From Candidatus Amesbacteria bacterium GW2011_GWC1_47_15 (GTDB lineage Bacteria > Patescibacteriota > Microgenomatia > CAZETR01 > Amesbacteraceae), in NCBI GenBank assembly GCA_001001375.1, contig LCNU01000001.1, forward strand, positions 1 to 44,744: 44,744 nt of DNA, written 5' to 3'. Position numbers and translations under genes: made by a program. Shown here one piece after another: positions 28,143 to 35,829 of this stretch. Under the pieces are notes generated by a model. It was not told where the DNA came from and did no database searches. It was given only the letters and a program-made list of their open reading frames with translations. Numbering within the stretch: the first letter of the stretch is position 1; each line of letters begins with the position of its first letter.

Positions 28143-28619
28143 ATGCGTTCCAAACCCGCTCCCATACGTGCGCTTGACCCGGATCCTGTATACGGCCATT
28201 TACTGGTAACCAAGCTGATCAACCGTTTAATGCGTCACGGTAAAAAGTCTGTAGCTAGAAAGCAGGTTTACCGCGCACTCGAGCTGTTAAAGACCAAGAC
28301 CGGCCAGGAACCCTTACAGGCGTTTTTGACCGCGTTGGACAATATTAGTCCCCAGATGGAAGTCAGGGCCAGAAGGATAGGTGGAGCGGCTTATCAGGTG
28401 CCTTCACCGGTCAGGGGACCGCGCAAGGATTCCCTGGCAATCCGATGGCTGATCGCCGCGGCAGACGCCCGTTCGAATTCCGAATTCCATTCCATGGGTG
28501 AAAAACTAGCCGCGGAATTAACGGAAGCCCTCAACAACTCCGGCGGAGCAATCAAGAAAAAGTTAGATACCCACCGTATGGCTGAAGCCAACAAGGCCTT
28601 CGCCCATTTCAGGTGGTAA
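28143..28619 (+). CDS. rpsG: 30S ribosomal protein S7
   Basis: PDPVY...LVTKLINRLM..GKKSVA, RRIGGAAYQVP, HRMAEANKAFAHFRW. Confidence 0.99.
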   Translation: MRSKPAPIRALDPDPVYGHLLVTKLINRLMRHGKKSVARKQVYRALELLKTKTGQEPLQAFLTALDNISPQMEVRARRIGGAAYQVPSPVRGPRKDSLAIRWLIAAADARSNSEFHSMGEKLAAELTEALNNSGGAIKKKLDTHRMAEANKAFAHFRW

Positions 28620-28695
28620 TAATACTAAGATATATAGGCATTTTATTTCTAACATAATTAAAAAATAAAATTTTCAAATTAAAAATATAAAAAAT

Positions 28696-29295
28696 ATGTC
28701 TCGTTATATCGGTCCCAAAAACAAACTCTCCCGCCGCGAAGGCATGGACCTTTTTGGTAAGGGAAACAAGCTTCGTCGGGCAACCGTCCCACCCGGTCAG
28801 CACGGGCCCAAGGGTTCCCGCCGCCCCTCCGATTATGGCGTGCGATTGCGCGAAAAGCAGAAAACTCGCCGAATTTATGGTACAATTGAAAAGCAGTTTC
28901 GCGGGTACTTTGAAAAAGCCAAAAAGGTTCCGGGCAAGACTGGAGAAGTCCTTCTTCAGCTACTTGAAACCCGGTTGGATAATGTGGTCTACCGCTTGGG
29001 GTTTACCCCGACGCGGTTTATGGCCCGGCAGTTGGTCTCACACGGCCATATCCTGGTAGACGGGAAAAAACTCGACATTCCCTCATACCAGGTAAAAGTC
29101 GGTCAGTTGATTGCTTTATCCGAAAAGGCTCTTTCTATCCCGCAGGTTAAATTGCGCTTGGAAAATCCCGAAATCCTTCCTCCTGCCTGGCTTTCGCGGC
29201 AAGCTCATGTGGGCAAGGTTTCGACACTTCCCAATAGGGAAGCAATAGATACACCCATAAACGAACAGTTAATTGTAGAATTTTATTCCCGATAA
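28696..29295 (+). CDS. rpsD: 30S ribosomal protein S4
   Basis: MSRYIGP...LSRREG, PPGQHG, SDYGVRLREKQK, LETRLDNVVYRLG, LIVEFYSR. Confidence 0.99.
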   Translation: MSRYIGPKNKLSRREGMDLFGKGNKLRRATVPPGQHGPKGSRRPSDYGVRLREKQKTRRIYGTIEKQFRGYFEKAKKVPGKTGEVLLQLLETRLDNVVYRLGFTPTRFMARQLVSHGHILVDGKKLDIPSYQVKVGQLIALSEKALSIPQVKLRLENPEILPPAWLSRQAHVGKVSTLPNREAIDTPINEQLIVEFYSR

Positions 29296-29314
29296 AAAAA
29301 TTCGCTAATAAATC

Positions 29315-30232
29315 ATGGTCCAACCTCAATTTACTATTTCTACCGAAAAAACAGATTCGCCAAATTTCGGCCGGTTTGTCATTGAACCACTGCCTCAGGG
29401 TTATGGGACGACTCTGGGTAATGCCCTGCGGCGGGTTCTTTATACTTCAATTCCGGGTGCAGCCATTACCAGTGTGTATATTCCCGGTGTAAATCATCAG
29501 TTCACCACGATCGATGGGGCGCGCGAAGATGTAGTCCAAATGGTTCTGGCTTTAAAACAGCTTCGGCCGGCATACGCCGGTGACAAGCCGGCCAAAATCA
29601 CCCTCTCGGTTAAAGGCCCTGGGGTCATTACCGCCGGCCAGTTTGAAACCCCTCCGGATGTGAAAATCTCAAATCCGGAACTGGTTATTGCCAATTTGAC
29701 TGATAAAAACACCAAACTGGAAATGGAGGCTACGGTTGAATCGGGCTTTGGGTACTCACCGGCCGAGGAACGAAAAAGTAGTACTCTCGGAGTCATCCCC
29801 ACAGACGCCAGTTTTACTCCCGTCATCAGGGTCAATTATGAAATCCAGGATACCCGGGTAGGCCGCGTTACCAACTTTGACAAATTAATTATGGAAATTC
29901 TTACCGACGGCACCATTACTCCTCAGTCTGCATTGACCTCCGCCTCCCAAACTCTGGTAGATTACTTCTCCGCCGTTGTTACACCCCAGTCTCCCTCAAA
30001 CGCCGCAGGATTGCCTTCCGCTTTTCATCAGGCTGCCGGCAGTAACATTGCCATCGAAGAATTGGATTTGCCCACCCGTATTGCCAACGCATTGCAAAAA
30101 GCCGGCTTCGAATCGGTAGCGGATCTGTTGTCTGTTCCCCGTACCGACCTGGCAAAGGTTAAAAATCTGGGCGGTAAATCTGTCAAAATTATTGAAGCTG
30201 CCCTGTCGGAGCGTGGGTTTGAACTCTCATGA
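29315..30232 (+). CDS. rpoA: RNA polymerase alpha subunit
   Basis: EPLPQGYGTTLGNALRR, DASFTPV.RVNY, alpha-CTD IEELDLPTRIANAL...NLGGKS. Confidence 0.98.
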   Translation: MVQPQFTISTEKTDSPNFGRFVIEPLPQGYGTTLGNALRRVLYTSIPGAAITSVYIPGVNHQFTTIDGAREDVVQMVLALKQLRPAYAGDKPAKITLSVKGPGVITAGQFETPPDVKISNPELVIANLTDKNTKLEMEATVESGFGYSPAEERKSSTLGVIPTDASFTPVIRVNYEIQDTRVGRVTNFDKLIMEILTDGTITPQSALTSASQTLVDYFSAVVTPQSPSNAAGLPSAFHQAAGSNIAIEELDLPTRIANALQKAGFESVADLLSVPRTDLAKVKNLGGKSVKIIEAALSERGFELS

Positions 30233-30238
30233 AAAAAC

Positions 30239-30703
30239 ATGTCAGGAATATTTGGAAAGAAACTTAATCGGGACACCGGACAACGCCAGGCCCTGCTCAA
30301 AGGACTGGCAGGTGCCCTTATCCGGTCTGAAAGTATCGAGACAACTGAAGCCAAAGCTAAAGCAGCAGTAGGACTCATAGAAAAACTTATTACCCAGGCC
30401 AAGCGTGCCCGTCTCAACGACATCCGCCAGATAGAGGCTGTAATTTTGGACAGGTCTCTCGTGGAAAAGCTGGTCCATCAGATTGCCCCCAGGTTTCAGG
30501 ACCGGCCCGGTGGCTACCTGAGGCTGATTAAGCTGGGTAACCGTGCCGGTGATAACGCTCCCATGGTCAGGATGGAACTAGTGGAAAGGCCTGAGGCACC
30601 ACTAGCCGAAACGACCGCTCCCAAGAAATCTTCACCCAAAAAGGTTGTCTCCAAATCTGCCGCCCCCAAACGCTCTCCGCAGCCGGTAATAAAGTCAAAA
30701 TAA
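30239..30703 (+). CDS. rplQ: 50S ribosomal protein L17 with Lys/Pro-rich tail
   Basis: FGKKLNR...QRQALL, IETTEAKAK, RPGGYLR..KLG.R.GDNAPM. Confidence 0.96.
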   Translation: MSGIFGKKLNRDTGQRQALLKGLAGALIRSESIETTEAKAKAAVGLIEKLITQAKRARLNDIRQIEAVILDRSLVEKLVHQIAPRFQDRPGGYLRLIKLGNRAGDNAPMVRMELVERPEAPLAETTAPKKSSPKKVVSKSAAPKRSPQPVIKSK

Positions 30704-30709
30704 TTTAAC

Positions 30710-31144
30710 ATGGAATTCATGAAAACATATTCGCCCAAAGTTAGTACTATTGCCCGAAAGTGGCACCTTTTTGATGCCAGGAATCAGGTTTTAGGCCGCC
30801 TGTCAACCCAAATTGCCAAAATACTCATGGGTAAAGACCGGACTGATTTTTCCCGCCATTTGGATATGGGTGACCATGTAGTAATCATCAATGCCGCCGA
30901 AATAGTCGTCACGGGCAGGAAGGAAAAACAAAAGTTATATCACCGTCATTCCGGCTACCCGGGAGGTATGGTGGTTACCACTTTGTCTCAGGTACGATCG
31001 GCCCATCCCGAGAGGATTCTCATCCACGCTATAACCGGTATGTTGCCGGACAACAAACTAAAAGCTAAAATGCTCACACACCTGCACGTATTCGCAGGTT
31101 CAGATCACCCGTATGGCAAACAATTTAAAAATCCCAATTCCTGA
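30710..31144 (+). CDS. rplM: 50S ribosomal protein L13
   Basis: RKWHLFDA.NQVLGRL, DMGDHVVIINA, HSGYPGG, GMLP.NKL. Confidence 0.98.
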   Translation: MEFMKTYSPKVSTIARKWHLFDARNQVLGRLSTQIAKILMGKDRTDFSRHLDMGDHVVIINAAEIVVTGRKEKQKLYHRHSGYPGGMVVTTLSQVRSAHPERILIHAITGMLPDNKLKAKMLTHLHVFAGSDHPYGKQFKNPNS

Positions 31145-31148
31145 ATAA

Positions 31149-31553
31149 ATGTCAGAATCTAAACCCAAAATAATTTCCAAAGGGATCGGCAGGCGCAAAT
31201 CCGCGATCGCTTCTGTTCGCTTGGTTTCCGGGGATGGCAGACTCCTGGTAAACGATAAGCCTGCAACCGAGTACTTCCCCGGCCTGCTAGCCCAGGGTAA
31301 GTACGAAAAACCTTTTTCTGTTCTTTCCCTTAAAAAATATTCTGCTACTGTCAAGGTCCACGGCGGTGGACCTGCCGGCCAGCTGGACGCTGTTGTGTTG
31401 GGACTTTCCCGGGCGCTTTCCGAAATCAAACCGGATTTTAAGACAGCCCTTCGCCAGGCCGGTCTTCTCACTCGTGACCCCCGCGAACGCCAGCGTCGCA
31501 TGGTCGGCATGGGCGGCAAATCTCGGCGGAAAAAACAATCCCCCAAGCGCTGA
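31149..31553 (+). CDS. rpsI: 30S ribosomal protein S9
   Basis: GRRKSAIASVRL, GGGPAGQ..A...GLSRAL, LLTRDPRERQRR, KQSPKR. Confidence 0.98.
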   Translation: MSESKPKIISKGIGRRKSAIASVRLVSGDGRLLVNDKPATEYFPGLLAQGKYEKPFSVLSLKKYSATVKVHGGGPAGQLDAVVLGLSRALSEIKPDFKTALRQAGLLTRDPRERQRRMVGMGGKSRRKKQSPKR

Positions 31554-31762
31554 AGATCTTCTTTTAGTAGAAAATTTATTAGGTTAAGATTTTGAACCCC
31601 CGGTTCAACTATGCTAATCTATACTTTATGATAGACGACTCCCGCTGATAGTGACCATAAAGGTGAATTCAAAATAGGCAGCTCTTCAAATAGGCAGTGT
31701 CATCGAAGAAGGTTACAATGTATATTGCAATATTCCAATATGCATATACAATTTAATCGTAT

Positions 31763-31981
31763 ATGGGTGCCAGCACGGAATCCGGTCGTTCTTATACTTC
31801 GTATTCCAATTCCAGGTCGCCTTCGCCCGAAGAGTATGCGGAAATGTTAAGGTCAGTATCTGAACAAAAAACAAAAGAGAACAAAAGGGACAGGATTATT
31901 GTTGCAGTAGGAATAATTGCGGGCATGATTGTTTCTCAGTTGGCAAAATACATTTTCAAATCAGAGGTTGGTCGAAGCTAG
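31763..31981 (+). CDS. Small hypothetical protein with C-terminal TM helix
   Basis: Preceded by TTGCAA (31725-31730) and TACAAT (31747-31752); hydrophobic IIVAVGIIAGMIVSQLA. Confidence 0.55.
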   Translation: MGASTESGRSYTSYSNSRSPSPEEYAEMLRSVSEQKTKENKRDRIIVAVGIIAGMIVSQLAKYIFKSEVGRS

Positions 31982-31985
31982 TCCT

Positions 31986-32348
31986 CTAAATTATCCTAAG
32001 TACCAGTACCAGTCCTACCGAAATAGCCAGAGCCGCTGTTGTGGTGTAAATCCACCTAAATTTCTTAGATACCACAAAGTGGCTCACGGTCAAAAATACT
32101 CCCCCGATCCCGCCCCCCAGCACCACCAGGATCAAAAGACCCACCCCCCATAATTGCTCTGTCATTGTGGTAATAACCACGTCAATCAGATAATCAGTAC
32201 CCATTGTGGCATATATCAGGGTCGACAGCCAGAAAATTGCCGAAGGGAAAAGCAAAATAATACTGGCCATCCACCACCGGGAAAGCTGCCATTCCATCTG
32301 CAGGATTTCCTTGACTTCGTAATCTTTATGTTTATAGGTTATTCTCAT
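31986..32348 (-). CDS. Three-TM hypothetical membrane protein (paralog 2)
   Basis: Three hydrophobic segments; shares RW..LL.P...FW.S......GTDY..D.V with the adjacent ORF. Confidence 0.75.
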   Translation of the reverse strand: MRITYKHKDYEVKEILQMEWQLSRWWMASIILLFPSAIFWLSTLIYATMGTDYLIDVVITTMTEQLWGVGLLILVVLGGGIGGVFLTVSHFVVSKKFRWIYTTTAALAISVGLVLVLRII

Positions 32349-32352
32349 TTAT

Positions 32353-32673
32353 TCAGAATTTTTTTAATACCGACCAGAAACCCAGAACCAAAATCAACCC
32401 CGCCGTTATTATAGCTCCGGCGGCACACCGGTTCTTGGTCGTCAGATATACCATGCCGTTGACGGGTATGGCCGCCGCCGGCAATCCTACTACCATGGCA
32501 TTTATGACAACGTTCCCCGCAGGACTCGACCCGATCCGGTAAAACACCGCATCAAACCAGTAATCCGTCCCTAAGGACCACAGCATTATAACCGAAAACC
32601 AGAAACCCAGAGCCGGCAACAGCAGGAATAAATTCAATAAGTACCACCTCATGGGCAGGCGATTTGTACGCAT
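32353..32673 (-). CDS. Three-TM hypothetical membrane protein (paralog 1)
   Basis: ATG at 32673 just outside the tRNA (alternative start 32652); same GTDY motif; 4-nt gap to the next gene. Confidence 0.75.
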   Translation of the reverse strand: MRTNRLPMRWYLLNLFLLLPALGFWFSVIMLWSLGTDYWFDAVFYRIGSSPAGNVVINAMVVGLPAAAIPVNGMVYLTTKNRCAAGAIITAGLILVLGFWSVLKKF

Positions 32674-32677
32674 CCAG

Positions 32678-32748
32678 TCGGGGAGCCGGGAATTGCACCC
32701 GATCCTCACGCACCCCATGCGCGAATTCTACTGTCAAACTCCTCCCCG
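32678..32748 (-). tRNA. tRNA-Pro(GGG), non-canonical, CCA not encoded
   Basis: CGGGGAG GA GTTT GACAGTA GAAT T CGCGC ATGGGGT GCGTG AGGA TCGGG TGCAATT CCCGG CTCCCCG A folds as a 71-nt cloverleaf; C1-G72 and A73 are Pro identity elements; anticodon GGG. Confidence 0.85.
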
Positions 32749-32803
32749 TGTATCAGAGATTGAGTTTGACAGTCAGCGCTAGCGTTCATCAAACTCCTCC
32801 CCG
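32734..32803. repeat. 15-bp direct repeat of the tRNA 5' end flanking a 40-bp TG...CA insert that carries a 12-bp inverted copy
   Basis: TCAAACTCCTCCCCG at 32734-32748 and 32789-32803; GAGTTTGACAGT (32762-32773) is the reverse complement of 32730-32741. Confidence 0.85.
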
Positions 32804-32812
32804 ACACCCTCG

Positions 32813-32818
32813 ATTTTA
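32813..32818 (-). promoter_or_regulatory. -10 box (TAAAAT) for the tRNA-Pro transcript
   Basis: TAAAAT on the minus strand, 9 nt upstream of the outer repeat copy; divergent from the + strand TGcTAAAAT at 32851-32859. Confidence 0.45.
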
Positions 32819-32865
32819 CCTCATTTTCAGCATATCCCCAAGGTCGTTAGTGCTAAAATCACATA

Positions 32866-33648
32866 GTGATCGCCACTTTCAACGAAACCCTATCCACGCT
32901 TCAGAATAAAAATGCCGGTTCCCGCATTATGTCTCTCCCGTTGCGTCATGTTCTCTGGTACTGGGCTAAGTACGTCCTGCTTTTTGCATTTATTCCGATT
33001 ATTCTTCTGATTTACTCGCTTACTTATTATTTGCCTCAACTCCCCCGCGCGATCGACGAAAACTTTCCTAATGCGGTGATTGCATTCAAAGACAATACTC
33101 TTTCCGTCAATCCGCCACAACAATATACCTGGGGTAATCCGGAGTTTTCTTTGAGTCTTGATACCCGGGATATTCCCCAAGATTTTTCGGGTACTACCAC
33201 AGGCATCCTGCTTCTACCCCGGGGAATCGTTATCAAAAGCCCTCACGGAGAAACCCGGACCTTTCCCTACCCTATTCTTCCGGATTTTTCTTTAACTAAA
33301 GATGGACTAAAATCCTTTATCTCAACCAATCAATTCATGATTTGGACGGTGCTGGTGGCGGGTTTGTTGTTTTTGGGTCTGATTGGCGCTTTGGTTTATG
33401 TAATTTTCAAACTTGGCTCTATGATTCTTTGGGCATTAGGTTTTGTTATCGCCGGTAAGGTATTACATCGCCCTCTGACACTCCCTGGAGCTTTCAATCT
33501 GGTGATTTATTCATCAATATTGCCATTGCTCCTGACGGCCGTAATGGCTGTTGCTCCTGGAGATTTTCTGTATTACTTAAGTCTTGGACTTTTTCTGTAT
33601 TTTGCCGCTACCTGGTTTTGGTATTTGCCCTCTTCTGCAACAAAATAA
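32866..33648 (+). CDS. DUF1189-like multi-pass membrane protein
   Basis: One N-terminal TM, a soluble loop (FP...I.FKDN.L), then a C-terminal TM bundle with LVIYSSILP. Confidence 0.6.
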   Translation: MIATFNETLSTLQNKNAGSRIMSLPLRHVLWYWAKYVLLFAFIPIILLIYSLTYYLPQLPRAIDENFPNAVIAFKDNTLSVNPPQQYTWGNPEFSLSLDTRDIPQDFSGTTTGILLLPRGIVIKSPHGETRTFPYPILPDFSLTKDGLKSFISTNQFMIWTVLVAGLLFLGLIGALVYVIFKLGSMILWALGFVIAGKVLHRPLTLPGAFNLVIYSSILPLLLTAVMAVAPGDFLYYLSLGLFLYFAATWFWYLPSSATK

Positions 33649-33690
33649 CCTCTTGCATTTTTTCTCCCGGATTGTATATTGAGGATGGCT

Positions 33691-34728
33691 ATGGCTACTG
33701 ATCAAAAACTACAGGCAATAAAAATTGCCATGGAGCAAATAGAAAAACAGTTCGGTAAAGGGTCTATTATGAAAATGGGGGAAAAAAATGAGAAATATAC
33801 CACTGATGTTATCCCGACCGGCTCAATTGCTTTGGATCTGGCTCTGGGTATCGGAGGTTTCCCCCGCGGCCGGGTAACCGAAATATACGGCCCCGAAGCT
33901 TCCGGAAAGACCACAATCGCTCTCCATTGTATCGCCGAAGCCCAAAAGGCAGGTGGGACCGCCGCATTTGTGGATGCGGAGCACGCCTTAGACCCTATCA
34001 GGGCGGAAAGCATTGGCGTGGATTTGGATAATCTTTACATTTCCCAGCCGGACAGTGGTGAGCAGGCTTTGGAAATAGTAGAGACGCTGATCCGCTCCGG
34101 TGCTATTGATGTGATTGTGATAGATTCCGTGGCCGCGCTCGTTCCTCGGGCTGAGCTGGAAGGGGAGATGGGAGATGCTGTTATGGGTGTTCAGGCCAGA
34201 CTCATGTCACAGGCTTTGAGAAAAATTACCGGTGCAATTTCCAAAAGCCGCTCCGTCGTTATTTTTACCAACCAATTGCGCATGAAAATCGGTGTCATGT
34301 TCGGCAACCCGGAAACAACTAGTGGTGGTATGGCCCTCAAGTTTTACTCTTCCGTTAGAATTGACGCCCGCAAAATTGAGACTCTCAAAGACGGGGACCA
34401 AGTTATCGGTTCCCGCCACCGCGCCCGGATTGTCAAAAACAAATTGGCTCCGCCTTTCCGGGTAGCAGAATTCGATATTTTAAACGTCGGCGGTATTTCC
34501 AAAGTTGGCGGTTTAATTGATGTCGGGTTGGAATTGGGTATACTACACAAAAAAGGTGCCTTCATTTACTTTGGAGAGCAGATTTTGGGCCAGGGCCGTG
34601 AAGCCGCTCGGACTTTTTTGACGGAAAATCCCAAGGTGGCCAAACATATCGAAGACGAAATCAGAAAATCAGTTAAGGACAGCAAGAAGCCCCTCCCCAA
34701 ACAAGTTGGCGAGGCGGTAGCGGAATAA
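33691..34728 (+). CDS. recA: Recombinase RecA
   Basis: [57 protein letters not shown]; start may instead be 33685. Confidence 0.99.
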   Translation: MATDQKLQAIKIAMEQIEKQFGKGSIMKMGEKNEKYTTDVIPTGSIALDLALGIGGFPRGRVTEIYGPEASGKTTIALHCIAEAQKAGGTAAFVDAEHALDPIRAESIGVDLDNLYISQPDSGEQALEIVETLIRSGAIDVIVIDSVAALVPRAELEGEMGDAVMGVQARLMSQALRKITGAISKSRSVVIFTNQLRMKIGVMFGNPETTSGGMALKFYSSVRIDARKIETLKDGDQVIGSRHRARIVKNKLAPPFRVAEFDILNVGGISKVGGLIDVGLELGILHKKGAFIYFGEQILGQGREAARTFLTENPKVAKHIEDEIRKSVKDSKKPLPKQVGEAVAE

Positions 34729-34743
34729 TAGTAAAATATTAAC

Positions 34744-35355
34744 GTGGATCAAAAAGATATAGTCGGACCTGATTTTGAAAATAAAAAGATTATCCGTAGG
34801 GGGATTGTTCCCGTCTTTCTTACTCCTCACAACACCTATCTTTTACTTATTAAAAGCTCCTCCCGCGACGAGTTTGAAATTCCAGGGGGGGAAGCGAAAG
34901 TTGGATCGGGAGATACTCTCAGAGAACTTCAGGAAGAAACAGGGCTGCCATCCAGTATTTTCCATGCCACTCTATTAAATTTGCATCGCATACATAAATT
35001 CCCAATTATCGTTTCAGGAGGCAGTCATAAAAAATTAAATATTCAAAATATATTTTATCAAGCGATAACTAAAGTCAAACAACTCCCGGAAATAATTTTA
35101 TCTAAGGAACATAAAGACTACCTCTTTATAAAGCTTAATCAAACTGATGAACGGGATTATTGGTGGAATCTTAGACTGCAATGTATATCTGAAAAACTTC
35201 TAGTTACCAATACTGATGCACAGAATCATACAGCGGAATTTCGTAATATCGAATCAGAGATCCAAACAAATACTCAGAGAATTCCAATTTCTCAAATTAC
35301 TTCCCAAGCTTTACAATACTGGGCCTCTATCGACAGTTATATGCTCAATGAATAA
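34744..35355 (+). CDS. NUDIX-domain protein (AT-rich, shortened Nudix box)
   Basis: YLLLIK, FEIPGG...RELQEETGL, LSKEH.DY. Confidence 0.7.
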   Translation: MDQKDIVGPDFENKKIIRRGIVPVFLTPHNTYLLLIKSSSRDEFEIPGGEAKVGSGDTLRELQEETGLPSSIFHATLLNLHRIHKFPIIVSGGSHKKLNIQNIFYQAITKVKQLPEIILSKEHKDYLFIKLNQTDERDYWWNLRLQCISEKLLVTNTDAQNHTAEFRNIESEIQTNTQRIPISQITSQALQYWASIDSYMLNE

Positions 35356-35809
35356 TCTCGGATTTGATGAACTGCTCGGTTTGGTTATTAAATACTTAAG
35401 TTATCGTCCGCGTAGTAAAAAAGAAATAGAAAATTATCTTAGCCGCAAAACCTCCGACCAGACCCTGGTTGATCGAGTTATCAGCAAATTAGAGTCCGTC
35501 AAACTATTAGACGATGCCGCTTTTGCCAAATGGCTGGTGGAATCCCGCTCCCGCTCCCGCCCCCGCGGTGCCCGCCTTCTCAAACAGGAACTAAAGTCAA
35601 AAGGTATAACTGTTGACGATGAACAAATAAAGGTCGACGAAGTAGAATTGGCTGCACAGGCTTTGCAAAAGAAACTCAGGCTTTGGCAAAACCTGCCTTT
35701 CAGGGAATTCCGGGTCAAGGCCGGCAGATTCCTGGCTTACCGGGGCTTTTCCTGGTCTGCCATTGAGACAGTCGTTAAAAAAGAGTATAATAATATTAAT
35801 GTTAAATAA
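35348..35809 (+). CDS. recX: Regulatory protein RecX
   Basis: KYLSYRPRSKKEI..YL, LLDDAAFAKWLVESR...RPRG...LKQELKSKGI, FLAYRGFSW; ATG 35348 preferred. Confidence 0.92.
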   Translation: MNNLGFDELLGLVIKYLSYRPRSKKEIENYLSRKTSDQTLVDRVISKLESVKLLDDAAFAKWLVESRSRSRPRGARLLKQELKSKGITVDDEQIKVDEVELAAQALQKKLRLWQNLPFREFRVKAGRFLAYRGFSWSAIETVVKKEYNNINVK

Positions 35810-35829
35810 GTTAAACAGCTCATTTACTC

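Noticed and set aside
32353-32718. ORF-track start at 32718 and the ORFs 32552-32737 and 32664-32909
   Set aside because: They run through the tRNA gene; the CDS more plausibly starts at ATG 32673 or 32652
32748-32760. GTGTATCAGAGAT resembles part of the Tn5/Nextera mosaic end (GTGTATAAGAGAC)
   Set aside because: Only 11/13 identity and the flanking bases do not match, whereas adapter contamination should be exact; a library artefact still needs a read-level check
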